Translations under genes and position numbers: made by a program
Shown: piece by piece, positions 1 to 32,410 of the stretch
Layout of the letters: each line of letters begins with the position of its first letter
Numbering within the stretch: position 1 is the first letter of the stretch
DNA from: the human T2T-CHM13v2.0 reference genome, Homo sapiens
DNA length: 64,000 nucleotides
Strand: one strand, 5' to 3'
NCBI RefSeq assembly: GCF_009914755.1
Contig: NC_060928.1
The notes under the pieces: generated by a model
What the model was told of the DNA's origin: nothing
Database searches by the model: none
The model's input: only the letters and a program-made list of their open reading frames with translations

Positions 1-387
1 GTTCACAGCATTTGTTTCCCATCTCTGAGATTGCTACCCTTCATTGTCTGATGTCCGGTATCTCACAAAGTGTTGTATCATACGTTATATCTAGCTTTTT
101 GGTTGTTTCAGGCAGAATGGTATATCTATTCCCAGTTACTCCATGTTGGCTGGGAATGGAAGTCCCTACTGAACTCTCTTACATCTGTATCTGTATCATA
201 ACCTACCATACTAAGCACATGGCATTGAAATTGTCAGAATAAAATGTGCTTTACAAGGGCAGAGACTCTTTTATATTATGTCCTTTGTGCTTTTAACACT
301 TGATACACAGCAGATGCTAAGGTGTTCAATATGCGTGTTGAGAGAAAGAAAGACTGCTCAACTTCTTGTATGCTTCAGACCTGGGAA

Positions 388-707
<320 letters not shown>

Positions 708-1258
708 ACCTGGGACATTTAAACAAAGCTAGCATTGAAAACTTCACTATAAGACAATAATCTACTTTATCTCCTAATATGTCACTTTCATGCACCTTCT
801 TCTCTCGCCTAAATGAGCTTTCTATAGAGCCCTACAAATATCCTCCCTTACCTTTTTCAGAATTCTATGCATCTTTCAAGGTCCTAACCAAGTTTATGTT
901 CTCTATAAAACTGGCCTTGTTAAGTGTTTTCCTTCTGCTTTAAAATCCTATAAAACTTATTGCCCATAATATTCATTTGGAATATTTCTTATGCTGCCTT
1001 GTATTGTTTTCCTTTTCATGGGTGTATCTTTTGTTTTTCCTAACTACACTGAAGGAGTTGGGGACTATAATATGGTTCTTCTCTATGTCACTCAGGAGTA
1101 TTTACTTTCCATTGAATCCTATAGGAAATATGCAGTGTAACCATACAAACAGCACCCAGTCATTCTATTAACTCACCATCTGCAAGTGAAGGGTGAGGGG
1201 AAGAGGACTCCTGAATCCAAATGATTTTTTCATTTCCATTATTAACTACATTACCACC

Positions 1259-1957
<699 letters not shown>

Positions 1958-2128
1958 AAGTCTTTGACTCAACTCATTTAAGTGTCTGTAACTAAGGCAT
2001 GGTCCAAAATTTTTAGCTTTTTCTTGAAGGCTAGGAATCATGTTTACAAAATACCAAAAGCAGGCAACTTACTCAGATCTAAAGTGACTCCAATATGTGG
2101 TTGGTAGCAAAACATTAATCTCTAATTA

Positions 2129-2465
<337 letters not shown>

Positions 2466-3451
2466 TAGTACTATATGCATCCTAAAGCTAAAAGCTACAG
2501 ATCCAAGAACGCCAGAGCAGCTTAGCATCAACCAAGAAGCACTTACTGCATGTGTTTTTCTAAGACACTCTCATTTTCCTCTTACATATTCGGTTTTTTC
2601 TGTACATTGTCAGCTCATGAAGCTCAGCCTTAAAAACTCAGAAACAATGAATTTTGCTTTAAATATATATGAGTCTCAAATCTACTTACAGGTCTTACAG
2701 TTAATTTTCCATTTTCTCAACTGGAAAAAATAGAAAATTTTAGTTTCATTAGAAATTGTTTGGTCTTTATTTCATCAAGATTATTTAACTGGTTACTGCA
2801 CAAGAATCTAAGCTACCGTAATGCTGGAACTGTTTCATGTTTCTCTTCCTTTTCCTGATGCAGTTCATTCAGTGATAGGATCACAGTAATATTCCTACTA
2901 ATTTATTAACCCAAATTAGTGCTTTACAGTAACTGTCAACTTTGCATTTCTCAAGAGCAAAAATTTTATTACTTGCCAGTGGAAAATCCAGTTAACTCTC
3001 AGCATACATACATGTTTCTCCTAAAAACACCTTACGATACTGAAGCAAAGAAATAAGATTTTTGTAATTATGCTACCATTCTGTACTATACACGCTGTAA
3101 ACTAGGCCACTGGTTTTTTGTTTTTTTGTTTTTGTTTTTGTTTTGGTAATCTGGTTTGAATCTATCAAAGATTTAAAAACCTTTGTATTCCTACCATGCT
3201 AGATTCAAAACAACACATGACACTTTTTCTCTCGTGTGGGTTTCCAGGCCATGATAGCGACAGGTCTGCGGGACGCTGGCGCCCGGCCCGAGCGTCGTTG
3301 TCACTCCAAGTCCACAGCCTCTAGAGCCAAGGCAAGGGACCTCACCAGGAAGGGAGATTCGCCCCCTGTGCCCCTGGGACGTCCGAGCGGAACCCATCGG
3401 CCCGGCTCCCGGAGACTCGCGGGGAGGAAGGGCTGTCAGGCCAGGCGCGCA

Positions 3452-3498
3452 TCACGTGAAGCTGCCAGTTCCGGGATCAAAGACGTACCCCGCACGTG
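3452..3498. promoter_or_regulatory. CLEAR-like E-box TCACGTGA plus a second CACGTG in TMEM192 intron 1
   Basis: TCACGTGA at 3452-3459 and CACGTG at 3493-3498; TFEB/TFE3/MITF-type motif. Confidence 0.55.
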
Positions 3499-3787
3499 GG
3501 CTGGGCGCCAGCCTGGGACCCCCGGGGGCCGCGCGCCCACCGCCCAGGAGCCCACCCCAGCCTCCACTGGGAAAATTAGCCCGGAGCCAACGTGTCGCGG
3601 ATCCCACAGCCGCCTGGAGCCCTCCCAAAGCCCCGCGCCCAGGCCTCCCCGGGCACAGGCGGCGCCCCCTTCGGCCGCGGCCGCAGTCGCCAAGGGTGGC
3701 TTCCCTCTCTGAGTCTCCGCCCCGTGCGCCCCGGCACAAGAAAAAGCGGATTCCGGGGCCAACCGCCCGCCGCCTCCGTGCACTCAC

Positions 3788-3814
3788 GTCCTCCATCCTG
3801 CCCCCCGCCGCCAT
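3788..3814 (-). CDS. TMEM192: TMEM192 (lysosomal membrane protein) first coding exon; gene continues leftwards out of the window
   Basis: Minus strand ATG GCG GCG GGG GGC AGG ATG GAG GAC = MAAGGRMED, matching the recalled TMEM192 N-terminus, followed by a consensus donor GTGAGT (3787-3782), inside a CpG island. Confidence 0.9.
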
Positions 3815-4379
3815 TTCCCGACGCCGGAGGCCGAAGCCCTGGCCAGCCCGGCCTCTCCACCTGGACCTGTAAGCCTCTGGCCGCGAAACTCGCCACCTTC
3901 TGGGACCTGCCAGGCCCCTCCCCAGACACACCCCCTCCTGCGTCCGCCCCGCCTCCGGCTGGCCCGATCCCCGCCCCCTTAGCTCCGATTGGCTGAGATG
4001 GTGGGAGGGGTGTGCCGGCCCAGAAGACCTGGACTGTGGGCGGTGGCTACCGCCTGAACCACCTCGGTTCCTGGGGCTTCTGGCCGCAGCCCCTCGGTGC
4101 GCTCTTACCCAGAGACTTGAGCATTTAAGGATGCCTTCCTAGTCCAAGAATTTAACTATTTTCGGGCTCCACTTGCATATTTTAAGAACATTAACTTTTT
4201 TCGGTCTTGCCTGGTTGTTTGCAGACACAGCTCTACGCCTAGGTAGAACCAGCGGTAAAATCCTACTCCGCCAGCAGAGGGACAGGAGCAGAATAAAGAT
4301 TCCAATTTCCATGACATATTTACAGATTTCTCCAATGGGAAACAAAGCAGTTCGGAATGCTTACGGCGTTCGTTTATTA

Positions 4380-4965
4380 AGACAGAGTCTCGCTCTGTCG
4401 CCCACGCTGGAGTGCCCTAGCACGACCTCGGCTCACTGCAGCCTCGAATTCTTGGCCTCCTGGCCAGTTCTCCCACCTCAGCCTCTCAAAGTACTGAGAT
4501 TACAGGCGTGAGCCACTGGGCCCTTGTTTCTTTTAAAATTGAATTTCAAAAAGAGAAAAAACTTCAATGACATTTTCTAAAAAGCTCATGATTGTAAAAA
4601 TGTAAGCAAACAAGGAAAGAAATTTTCTGTTACCAGCTCCCGGAGAGAACTTTGATATCAGTTAGAATATATACACTCATACATTTTTTTGGTGGGGCGG
4701 CGGAGACGGAGTCTCGCTCTGTCGCCCAGGCTGGAATGCAGTGGTGCAATCTCGGCTCCCAGGTTCAAGCCATTCTCCTGCCTCAGCCCCCTGAGTAGCT
4801 AGGATTACAGGCGCGTGCCACCAAGCCTGGCTATTTTTGTATTTTAGTAGAGACAGGGTTTAGCCATGTTGGTCAAGCTGGTCTGGAACTCCTGAGGTCA
4901 GGTGACTCGCCCGCCTCGGCCTCCCAAAGTGCTGGGATTACAAGTTTAGCCACCGCGTCTTGCCC
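4380..4965 (-). mobile_element. Two Alu elements (partial 4380-4522; 4703-4965)
   Basis: Alu consensus motifs. Confidence 0.85.
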
Positions 4966-5307
4966 ACTTTCATACATTCTAATGCTTATTTGTACATTGA
5001 GTATAGTGTGATCCAGTTTAGGATGTGTGAGATAAAACTACGCAAATGTTAGTGAAGGAAGAAATGGTGTAAGACTCCACGTGATCTTCTTTTTTCTTTT
5101 TCTTTTTTTTCTCGTAGAGACAAGGTCTCACTATGTTGCCCAGGCTGGTCTCATAATCCTGAGATTCTATGAATTATTTATCACAAGCCTTTTCTAGACG
5201 TGCAAATTTTCTTCTCTGCATTTTATTTTGAAAATTTTCAAGCCTACAGAAATGTTGAAAGATTAATACAATGAACATCCATGTACCCCTCACACTTGAT
5301 TCATTAG

Positions 5308-5667
<360 letters not shown>

Positions 5668-5877
5668 ATTTTTTAACTGAACTACTTGAAAGTAAATTGA
5701 AGACAATATGAAGCTTCATTCCTAGATACTTTGTTGCCTAAAATAAGGATATTTTATATTTTCTTTCATAACCACAATATCAATATTACACACAACTAAT
5801 AGTAATTCCATGTTTACTAATAACCAATCTATGGCAAAAATTTTCTAAGTTGTTTCCAAAATGTCTTTTTTAGCTGC

Positions 5878-7748
<1,871 letters not shown>

Positions 7749-8517
7749 TAGGCTAAAGAGCTTGCTTACACTTTAGGGTAGGAATAATCTGTGATTGCCT
7801 GGTATAAGCCAGAAGAAAGAAATGGTATCAGGAAATAGAATTCTGAACTTTACAAGGTTTAATAGAAGGAGATTGGTGGAGCTGGAGAGTGAGGTTGTCA
7901 GACGGAGAGGTGCAATTCAGTAGGAGACCTTGACCACTGGGAAAAATGATGAGTGGGAGAAAAGGATGTTCTCTGAAAAATCATGGGTGACTCTACAGAA
8001 GGAAGAAGGGGAACAAGATCCACTTTGTCTTACCATTTGGTTTAGACCTTGTCTTGCAAGAATAGGTGCTATTTCATGTTTAGTGTGTTCAGGTGAAAAG
8101 TTAAAGGAAAGTATATAATTGCCACTAAAAGTCATCCATATTCTTTCTCAGGGAATATATGCAGAAACAATGGGTTAGGTGCAGGAATAGGATTCTGTGG
8201 AACTCTGTCCAAAATGTACCCCTCCTCGCAATATATTTGTTTAGTACTTCAGGCATAGATAATATACAGGAATTAAAACTTAGTCCACACAGGGAAATAG
8301 TATTTAAATCTCAGCCCATATAATGCTCTAATGACTGTTAAAGCAATTTATATAAGCATAGCCCTGTAAATAAGTTATATTTAAAAAGTATCTGACACTT
8401 CATTTTTGTATGACTAAAGATCTTTTGGTGAAGATTCTTGCGTTTATTTACTTATGAGGAGTAAGGAGAGGAGGAGAGAAGCTGTTTTCCTAGTGTTGGG
8501 GCTCAGAAGATAATATC

Positions 8518-9378
<861 letters not shown>

Positions 9379-9748
9379 TTAATCTGGCTTTTGTTATAGG
9401 AGTGTCAGCCATGACCTTTCCACCTCTATGCTACCAAACAGTTCACCATTAGAAGATGCTGGACTGAAGCCCCATCTTTCCTGTGTTGTCACCATCAGCA
9501 TTGTTCCAGGCACCGTGCTCATTCCTGATCACAGATATTAAAATGTTAATAATATCTCATTGATTTTTTTTCAACATCAAAATCTGTCCTTTATTCACTA
9601 TGATTTCTATTATTCAGCCTGGCATAACGTAACATGCATACAAACAATAGGTACTTAATTGATATTTTTGTTAATTTTAAAGCAGGATCTCTTTACTGAT
9701 ATTGACTTTAATCTGCCTTTGAAATGGATTTATTTATTTATTTATTGA

Positions 9749-9886
<138 letters not shown>

Positions 9887-10077
9887 TAAATAAAAGTTAT
9901 ATATATTTATGATGTTCAACATGATGTTTTGGTATATGGATACATTGCAGAATGATTGAATCAAGCTAATTAATGTATTTACCACCTCCCATACTTATTT
10001 TTTTTTTCTTAACTTGCCTTTTAAATAAAATTTTAGAACAAGTTGATCCTAGCTAAATATTTCTACAATTCTCTTAG

Positions 10078-10157
10078 GCTGCCCTATACCATTGTCAGAA
10101 ATGAAGATATCCAAAATTCTGTCTTTGGATAATGTTTTGTAGCTAAATCTCTCTTAG
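10078..10157 (+). pseudogene. Candidate first coding exon (decayed signal peptide) of the TNF-like relic
   Basis: ttctcttag| acceptor; ATG at 10101 gives MKISKILSLDNVL*LNLS*; phase-0 donor |gtactt matches the phase-0 start of exon 22239. Confidence 0.3.
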
Positions 10158-11278
10158 GTACTTAGAGAGATGCCATTGAAAAATTCCCTTTCAATGAACA
10201 GACAAAAAAAGGAGGTCAATAGTTATTTTAGCATATCAAATTATATTTAGTTTATGTACTTTTTTCTGGAAAAATTTTTTTTTCTAGAAAGAAATTTAAG
10301 GATATTGTAAGCAATTGGAAACATTCCAGTTTCCACTTATTTGTTTCGTAAATGTTTGTATCTTTCAAAGCACCTGTACCACAAATAGAGTCCCGTTGTA
10401 ACCAAACATTCCACATTTGAGTGATAATGGACTCTGTTAGAGGTCTCAGGGCTTGTAAAGTTTCAGGCTTGATATCCAGTACTTGCCCTCTCATTATTGT
10501 TTGTTTTCTCCTAAAGTTCTTATGATCTCAAATCCTGGCATTTAAAAGCACACTTATTTTTGAAGGCAGAATTTTGTTTGTTTGTTTGTTTCACTGACTC
10601 AGGAGCAGAAAAAAAAGTTTGCTAAAAATCCCAAAAGTAATTCATGTTTGGATAGACACCAAATATGTGAAGTTTCAGACCAAAACCACAATTTCTCTGA
10701 AAGGTTTTAGAAAACACATACCGAAACTCAGGGTGAAAATGAATTTTGTAACCTTCATGAAACTCAAGGCTACTACTTAGTGATTATAGAGCTGACCTTG
10801 TCTAATCTCCACTCACTCCTGATTCTTCTTTAATGCCAAGTACCAGGCTCAGGCATCCAGCCCAAGCAGTCGGCAGCATTCTCATGGGAGGAACTCCTTA
10901 TTTCAGAAATAATCAGAAGATGGGGCTTTAAGTGCTTTGTAGTGATATCTCTTTTAATTAAGTTCTAGACAGTTAAGAAGTAAAACTTTTCTTTTACAAT
11001 ACAATTCATAATGCTGTGTGTTGAGGTCTAAAAGAATATTTGAAGGTATCCCCAAATAACTTATAAAATAATTATTTTGATTCTCCACACTGAGCTGAGC
11101 AGTAGCTCCCTAATCTGGCTCTGATTCAGTTCCAAACTATATGAGGCTTTACCCTCTTTCAGGAAGCTCACTCTGCTGAGTCTCAGTCTTTGTACAACCG
11201 TTCTAGGAATCAAAGGGGCCTAGTTCCTTTCCAACTTGACTTTTATATTTCTTTTAAAAGTAATCCCCAGTTGATGGA

Positions 11279-16317
<5,039 letters not shown>

Positions 16318-16563
16318 TAACAGAAGAAATAAATTAAATGAACATAAACAGGAATATGGAGCAGAATCCTCAGGGACCCCAGACAAAGTGGAGTTGGAGA
16401 GTGAAGGTTTCCTCAGTCTTGAGCAGGTCGTGGATCAGGGAGACTGGCCGAACTTGTTCATCAGAAACCATGCCGGTCCACACACTCACAGGCAGCTGCA
16501 AAATGCCGACTCCCCATTTTGTCCTAATGGTAACCTTTCTCCAAGCACTTGAAAGTAACTGGG

Positions 16564-19317
<2,754 letters not shown>

Positions 19318-19886
19318 TGTAATGGTTAATATTAGGTGTCAACTGGATTGGATTGAAGGATGCCTAGATAGCTGGTAAAGTATTGTTTCTGGGTGTGTCT
19401 GTGAGGCTGTTGCCAGAGGAGCTTAACTTTTGAGTCAGTGGACTGGGAGGGGAAGACTAACCCTCAGTGTGGGTGGGCTCCATCCAATCCACTGCTGGCA
19501 CGACTAGAACAAAGCAGGTGGAACAAGATGGGATAAGCTGGCTTGCTGAGTCTTCTGGTTTTCATCTTTCTCCTGTGCTGGTTGCTACCTGCCCTTGGAC
19601 ATCAGACTCCAGTTTTTTAGCTTTTGGACTCCTGGATTTACATCAGTGGTTTGCCAAGGACTCTCAGGCCTTTGGCCACAGACTGAAGGCTGCACTGTTG
19701 GCTTCTCTACTTTTGAGGCTTTCAGACCCAGACTGAGCCACTGCTGGCTGCTTTCTCCCCCAGCTTGCAGGTGGCCTAATGTGGGACTTTGCCTTGTGAT
19801 CAAGTGAGTCAATTCTTCCTAATGAACTCTCTTTCATATATATATGTAGCCTATTAGTTCTGTTCCTCTGGAGAAACTGACTAGTG
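19318..19886 (+). mobile_element. MLT2B-type 3' LTR of the ERVL
   Basis: tgtaatggttaatattaggtgtcaactggattggattgaaggatg start; tattagttctgttcctctggagaa end. Confidence 0.85.
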
Positions 19887-19923
19887 AAGTAACAATCATA
19901 AATTCTTTGAAAGCATTTTTTCA

Positions 19924-21682
<1,759 letters not shown>

Positions 21683-22238
21683 TGTAAATCCTTTTCAGAA
21701 TGTCTACAGAACATACTTTCTTTGATCCCAAATTATATGATATAGATATCTCTGCTTTCCATCTCTAAATGCTTGGACATCACTTATTATTTTAGGGGGT
21801 CCTTTTATTCTGAGCACATTTGCCCATAATGGCCTCTCTTTCTCCCAGAGACGATGTGGTATCAGGGAAACAGCATGGAGTCAGAAAACTTAGCTTGAGT
21901 CCCAGCTCCTATAACTTACTCCTCTGAGCCTCACTTTCCTTATCTGTACAATGGACAAAATGAGACTTATCTCAAAAGGTGATGGTAAGGATTAAATCCC
22001 TTACTCTAGGAACTCATGAAATTTTACCTTCCTTCCTGTCTCCAACCCTCCCACTTCTGCATATTGTAAACCACAGAAGAGAAGAGGTCGGGCAAACACA
22101 GTTCTCTCTGTGGGTATCCACCACAGCACTGCATGTAATTAAATACTTGATAAGTGCTTTTTGATTAAGTTCAGCAGCATCATAGCAGGCAAAAAGCACC
22201 TTGCTCAATCGCTCTGATTAGATGTTTTTCCTTGGCAG

Positions 22239-22320
22239 AGGCTCAGATGGCACCAATGCTAAATTCAGAGTGTTGTTTTGGCAAATCATATAACGATGCT
22301 TCAATTCATTTTTCCCCAAG
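22239..22320 (+). pseudogene. TNF-like relic, unit 1 strand-A exon
   Basis: ttttccttggcag| RAQMAPMLNSECCFGKSYNDASIHFSP; donor apparently mutated (AG|ataatc). Confidence 0.5.
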
Positions 22321-22651
22321 ATAATCCTCTCTCTTTTAGTTTTTTGTTTTTCTAATTTTGGGAGGATAATTCTCACACCTGTCTTACAGCTCTGCTTCTG
22401 TGCCTCTGGACAGTCAGATGTCTTGAATTTGAGGGCCTTTGGTCAATAACATAGTTATGGAACATAGAAACAGGGAAGTGTTGAAGCTGGGGTTAGTCAG
22501 AGAGCCTGAAGAAGTAGTGTGTCACTCATTACTGTCACCTGCCACCTCACAGGACAGGAAGAGAGGGGCAGCTATGAAGGTGAGGCTTTCAGAAGGAACC
22601 AAGATGGTAGCTGTGATCTTCTCGCCCTTCTCCCTTCCCTAATTTCCACAG

Positions 22652-23242
22652 GAAACAGTTTACACCAGGTATTTGTAGATTCTGTAGGATTTTCTGAGAA
22701 CTTGGGCCTTTCCTGGTGGCTTAACTTTTTTTATTTATTAATTTTTTTTATTTCTGAGAGAGAGACAGAGAGTGTCTCACTCTGTTGCCCAGACTTCAGT
22801 GATCTTGGCTCACTGCAATCTTGACTTCTTGGGCTCAAGTCATCTTTCTACCTCAGTCTCCTGAGTAGCTGGGACTACAGGCATGCACCACCATGCATGG
22901 CTGATTTTTAAATTTTTTATAGGGAGTCTCACTGTGTTGCCCAGTGTGGTCTTGAACTCCTGGGTTCAAGCGATCTTCCCACCTCAGCCTCCCGAGTAGT
23001 TGGGAATACAGGCGTGTGCTACCATGTCTGGCTAATGCTTATCTTTTGTTACCTGAGCAGGCCCTGGACGACCTATACCCTTTTCCCCAAGTAGATTATC
23101 AAAATGTTTATTTCAAGCAAGCTCAGAGATGTCCCTAGGAGAAAGTATTCTGTGGCATGAAACTTTCTCCATCTCTTTGCCCCTTCCTTCTCCTCTGCTC
23201 CACACCACATCCCCTGCACCACTCTAGCAGCTGCTTCCTAGA
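22652..23242 (+). pseudogene. TNF-like relic, unit 1 middle exon, interrupted by an Alu
   Basis: ccctaatttccacag| GNSLHQ...GLSWWLN [Alu] YTLF/PQVDY...PHPLHHS (frameshift needed); phase-2 donor GA|gtaagc. Confidence 0.5.
22724..23036 (-). mobile_element. Old (J-type) Alu inserted in a relic exon
   Basis: TSD-like gctta(a/t)ctttt on both sides. Confidence 0.85.
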
Positions 23243-24010
23243 GTAAGCAATGAGGTTTGGGCAGGATGCAATGCCCGTCCCTATGCTTTTGGGGGCTGCA
23301 AACTATCTAGAAGCCTTAGGAGCTGACTTACCTCATGCTAGCTGAACAGCTTGATTGTGAGGTCCCCCAAACCATGTTTGCATTCAGAGGTGCAGTTCTC
23401 AGACTTCCCACTGGGTAGCGCTGTTTCTCTTTTTTTGCTTTAGCTATTTGTCAGAGGGAGACAGCGGACTCTGTCATCTTTTCTCATCAAATAGGACAAA
23501 TATTTAGTGTTTCTGGCTAAACACTTGGAGATAGATGTTCATGTTTCCTTTTAGTGACATATTGGAAAAGGCTTTATAGCGGATACGAAAGAAGCGAAGT
23601 GAGGTATTATTTGAATAGCACTTAGTATGTTTCAGGTATTGTGCTAGGAGGTTGATATATCTAAACATCCAAAGACTGAATTTAAAATATGAGACCTCGA
23701 CTAATATACCTCAACTATCATCATCATCGTCGTCGTCCTCCTCCTCCTTCTCCTCCCTAATGCCAGATCTTTGAGTGCAACATGAAGCTTTTGCTGTATA
23801 CCTGTATACAGTCCTCTTTAGGCAGGGAATAGGAGAATGAAGCCACATTGCATAACCAAAATTCTTTAACTGTGAATTTGAAAAGAGACATTCTAGGTGC
23901 CTTTATTTTCTCTTTCTCAAGAAGGAGAGCAGGGAAAGGATATTAATATTTATTAAATACCTACATGCCCACCATATATCAGATATTATGCTGCTGCTTT
24001 ATAAAGGTTA

Positions 24011-24364
<354 letters not shown>

Positions 24365-24872
24365 TTAAAATTACAAGATTGGGAAACTCAAATAAGATTG
24401 CTGTGTTGTCAAAAAAATTGATGTTATATGTTCACGCTTTTTAAAACCATTTCCTTTAATATTGCCTTTATAGAAATGTTAGATCACTGGAAATTTTAAA
24501 CTAAATGGGAGGCAACAATAAAACTGTTTCATTGCAGAGTTTGAGTCAGTTCATCTAATTTTTCAGCAGATATCATATTCAGTGAGTCTGCAGATTTTAG
24601 GGAGTTTCGTTTTTTGCTCCAAGGAAAGAGATTAAATGACCTTTACATGCTTACATAACAGCATAATAGAGATAGGAGAATAATTTCTCTTTTTTTTTTT
24701 GAAATGAAAGTTATTGCTTTATTTGTTTTTGTAGTACTATAACATTTTAAGCTTCGCCAATATGGAAAATAAATAATTTTCTGAGCTACCTTTCACTGCT
24801 ACATCTGAGAATTCTGTGCTCAATTCCTACCTACACTGTGAAGGAATCATTTCATTTGGTTCTCTGCTTTAG

Positions 24873-25127
24873 GTTTTCTTCAGCCTATCAACAGAAGGTT
24901 AAGGAGGGAGTGAAACTTGTTTCCTCAAGAGAGTCTGTCTGATTATCGGAATATTTCCTTCTCCTCCACTATTTTCATGCTAAATTTGGGCACCTGACAA
25001 ACTTGAGGGTATCTAACGCCTGGTTACAGATATCCCTAGCAATTCAGATGACCTTTTCAAGTACCTACTCCTATTAACTCAATAACAGTGATGAAATCAA
25101 CCAGAAACAAAGTCCCTTAGAATATAG
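24873..25127 (+). pseudogene. TNF-like relic, unit 1 C-terminal exon plus linker
   Basis: ttctctgctttag| 255 nt, phase 2-2: FSSAYQQKVKEGVKLVSSRESV*...LRVSNAWL...MTFSSTYSY*...PLEY; donor AG|gtattg. Confidence 0.6.
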
Positions 25128-25446
25128 GTATTGTAAATATTCTAATTTTGCTTCAGCTATTTATGAAACAACTTTTAAGATTTCCTGCCATCTGTTTCTA
25201 AAAGGGGAAGGAAAGGGAAATGATTTGCAAGCATTTGAAACATGGTGTCTATATTTAGATTTTGGTTTAATCTCACATTTCTGCAGTATCTTTAGTTGGG
25301 GAAGGAAGGCTTAGTTAGTTAGTGTTGCTCCAATTCGTTAGGACATTTCCTCATGGTATTGGAGGAACATGGGATGATTCAGTTTCATGAATCAAGGATT
25401 TTTGAGTTCCTCTTGTTTGCGAGGCATCATGCTAGACATCTTCTAG

Positions 25447-26060
<614 letters not shown>

Positions 26061-26199
26061 TAGATGCTATTACTATTCTTATTTTACAGATAAGAAACTG
26101 AGGCTCAGAGAAGTTACATAGGTCTCACATATAAGTGTGTGACAGAACAGTCAGTTAGTCTAACTTCAACAAATACATGTTTGATTTCCATGCCAGGGT

Positions 26200-28090
<1,891 letters not shown>

Positions 28091-28114
28091 AAGTAAAGTT
28101 TTGTTGTTGTTTTA

Positions 28115-28431
<317 letters not shown>

Positions 28432-28568
28432 CTATATGCTGATGATCAGTAGGGAGAAAGAGGTTGGGGATGCAGGAGACTGAGGAATAACTGATTGAGA
28501 AAGATCCTTGAGGTAAAAAGAGAGAGAAGCAACCTATAACTTGAACATGGGAGAGAGCCTAGGGGAAT

Positions 28569-28884
28569 GTAGACCTTTACATTGGTGGCCACAATGAGCC
28601 ACGTCTCTCTTGTGTAGTCCATTCCCACAGTGACAGCCTCGATGTGTGATTTGTTTTGGCCAATGGTGTGTTAGCCAGTGTGATGCAAGCAGAGGCTAGG
28701 TGTTTGTACGCCAAGGTTTGTGCTCTTGGAGCACTTGTTTTGAAACATCAAGCCACTGTGTAAAGAGGAAAAGAACCACCTACCTCAGTCCAGTCCCAGT
28801 GACAGATTTTTAAGCAAATAAATAGTGTTATTTTAAGTTACCAAGTTTTGAGTGGTTAGTTACAATAGCAACTGAACCGAGATC
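28569..28884 (+). mobile_element. MLT1 (F/G-type) LTR, internally deleted
   Basis: ttttggccaatgg..gtgtgatgcaagcagaggct; 3' ttttaagttaccaagttttgagtggttagttac. Confidence 0.65.
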
Positions 28885-28962
28885 CAGATGGATCTAGCTT
28901 ATATACTAGAAGCATCTAGTATATAAGCTAATATACTAGATGCTATATTATACTAGAAGCAT

Positions 28963-28980
<18 letters not shown>
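28881..28980. repeat. Nested perfect inverted repeats
   Basis: 16-, 14-, 11- and 18-bp perfect arms built from one tagcttatatactagaag unit. Confidence 0.9.
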
Positions 28981-30060
<1,080 letters not shown>

Positions 30061-30153
30061 AGATCTGGATAGGATTTGTAGAAGGAGAGGGAAACAGGGG
30101 AGAAAGAAGGGCAACTGACTTACACAGACAAGTTCTTCATTTCCCTCTGTCAG

Positions 30154-30194
30154 GTCCACAGCAAGCATTTGACTGTCCTTTCATGGTGGCAAGG
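30154..30194 (+). pseudogene. TNF-like relic, unit 2 strand-A exon
   Basis: ttccctctgtcag| phase 2-1 STASI*LSFHGGK; perfect donor AGG|gtaagt; aligns with VTASIHFEGSYKG of exon 34993. Confidence 0.65.
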
Positions 30195-30818
30195 GTAAGT
30201 ACCTTGGGAAGGGCAGTCTGTATTTTCTTGAAAAAGCTTCTGTTGATAGAAAAGTTACTGTTTCAAGGCAGAGAAAAATGAATAAAATTTGACTGGATGT
30301 TCTGTGTTGGGAGTAGGAAAAATGGAAAAGAAGCAGCATGATATGGAATCTAAAGAACCAGCCTAAAACCTGGTTTAAAGCTGTTAATTGATTACATAAT
30401 CTTAGGCATATTTCTTAACTTTTTTGAGCCTCAAATTTTCTCCTTGCAAAAGGGGGACATTAATAACACTTGCTCCAAGAGATTGCAGAGACCAATTAAA
30501 TAAATATAATGTATGTGTAAGTATATTTTGTAAAGTATGTCTTGGAAATGTTAGTGAAACATAACACTCTAAATTTGGCACAAGATATAACAAGATAAGG
30601 GTTTTTATTTTGAAGAAGATTTGGAAATAAAAACATAAAAATAAAGTAAGAGTGTTTTCAGCAATGTTTTCTGTCAGACTATTTTAGTGAAATTTTTCTT
30701 TCTTTCCAGCTACAAATCCAATTAAAGAAATTTAGTTATTGAGAAATATAGTTAACTTTAAGTACAGTTTACAAATATAACTTATGGCTTTTTTGCATAT
30801 AAATAAAGTCTGACTTTA

Positions 30819-32410
<1,592 letters not shown>

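Larger units (their letters stand above)
3230..4110. promoter_or_regulatory. CpG island / TMEM192 promoter
   Basis: Very GC- and CpG-rich; GC box CCGCCCCGCC (~3944-3953), minus-strand CCAAT box AGCCAATCGG (3985-3994), E2F-like TTTCGCGG (3881-3888), YY1-like GCCGCCATTT over the start codon. Confidence 0.9.

Noticed and set aside
3191-3996. Overlapping long ORFs on both strands of the CpG island
   Set aside because: Stop-poor GC-rich DNA; only the 27-nt TMEM192 coding exon has a donor and a recognisable product
10500-10760. Resemblance to an ancient amniote DNA-transposon relic
   Set aside because: Vague recall only; no TIR or TSD identified
23716-23760. Acidic EEKEEEDDDDDDD reading on the minus strand
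   Set aside because: Ends at a stop immediately and has no splice support; a microsatellite artefact
25157-25260. KISCHLFLKG...ETW as another strand-A exon
   Set aside because: The acceptor is only 29 nt after the 25127 donor, and exon 30154 fits phase and motif better; unresolved
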